A DNA stretch of 64,000 nt from Octopus sinensis (taxonomy: Eukaryota). The position numbers and the translations under genes were made by a program. Within the stretch, counting starts at the first letter, position 1. Every line of letters begins with the position of its first letter. The stretch is taken from positions 61,504,001 to 61,568,000 of the forward strand of contig NC_043009.1 of NCBI RefSeq assembly GCF_006345805.1, given 5' to 3'. Below the pieces are notes generated by a model, which had not been told where the DNA came from, searched no databases, and saw only the letters and a program-made list of their open reading frames with translations. Of this stretch, positions 63,301-64,000 are shown one piece after another.

Positions 63301-63804
63301 AAGTATATTAAATATCATTAACCTTCCTCCAGGATAAACTAATGTTCTCAAAATATTTTTCTGGGGGTTAAAATTCTCACAAACACAGCTGTATATTCCT
63401 TACCAAACTTGCTTTCAGTGTTTAGTTTCACTTTCTTTGCAGTTAGCTTATACACTTCATAACTTGCTTTACAGAAGTTTTTTAATTAATACATTGGCAC
63501 AGATGTGGCTCTATGGTTAAGATTGCTTTCCAACCGCATGGTTTTGGGTTCGCTATTATTGTAGGCTGACCAAAGAAAAAGCCTTGTGAGTGAATTTGGT
63601 AGACTGAAACTTAAAAAAAAAATTTTTTTTAAACCCTGTTATGTGTATATGTGCGTGAGTGTTTCTTTGTTTTGACATCAAATAGTAGTTGTAAACAAGG
63701 ATCACCTTCAAACAAGCAGTGTTGTTCAGTTCCAGTCTTCCATAAAAAATGTTTGGCAATAGTAGAAACTCTAACTCATGCAAACATGGAAAAGTAGACA
63801 TTAA

Positions 63805-64000
63805 CCCTTTTGTTACCGTATTCCTGTTGAGATGCTCTGTGTTTCTTTCAGTTACTTTAAATATAACAAAGAATTTAGTGAAATAACTTAGTTATCATTA
63901 AGCTAGTGTTAGGAACATAAACTGTGACTAAGGTTTGGTGGAAGATTTTAATTCAAATCTTATGAAAACATAACATTTGTATTGCAGAGCCAAAGGTGGA
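63805..64000. mobile_element. piggyBac-like MITE (family D), cut by window edge
   Basis: TTAA 63801-63804 then CCCTTTTGTTACC; body matches 13862-14082. Confidence 0.85.

Overview
AT-rich animal genomic DNA, most likely Octopus (inferred from the tRNA-derived SINE families, RTE LINEs and very long TA/TG microsatellites; not database-checked). The only gene I can name is a MIER1/2/3-family ELM2-SANT corepressor, whose last two coding exons lie on + (3168-3295, 3715-4234). A second, unidentified gene probably converges on it from the - strand: two in-phase terminal exons (11057-11122, 10755-10790), a ~5.3 kb nearly repeat-free 3'UTR and a strong poly(A) site at ~5470. 11.2-25.1 kb and 39.4-64 kb are TE-dense intron/intergenic DNA (SINEs, RTE/CR1/Tx1 fragments, piggyBac-, hAT- and Tigger-like MITEs). 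25.1-39.4 kb is nearly SINE-free and relatively CpG-rich, with several TATA/Inr motifs and candidate first exons on both strands and long purine/pyrimidine-skewed tracts. Best leads: the unidentified - strand gene, the multi-promoter zone, a pre-miRNA-like hairpin (25575-25635), a SINE flanked by a 187-bp direct duplication, and a 194-bp insert with a 14-bp TSD inside an RTE. I found no prokaryotic system, CRISPR array or convincing novel multi-gene system. Repeat boundaries are approximate (about +/-20 bp) unless TSD/TIR positions are given.
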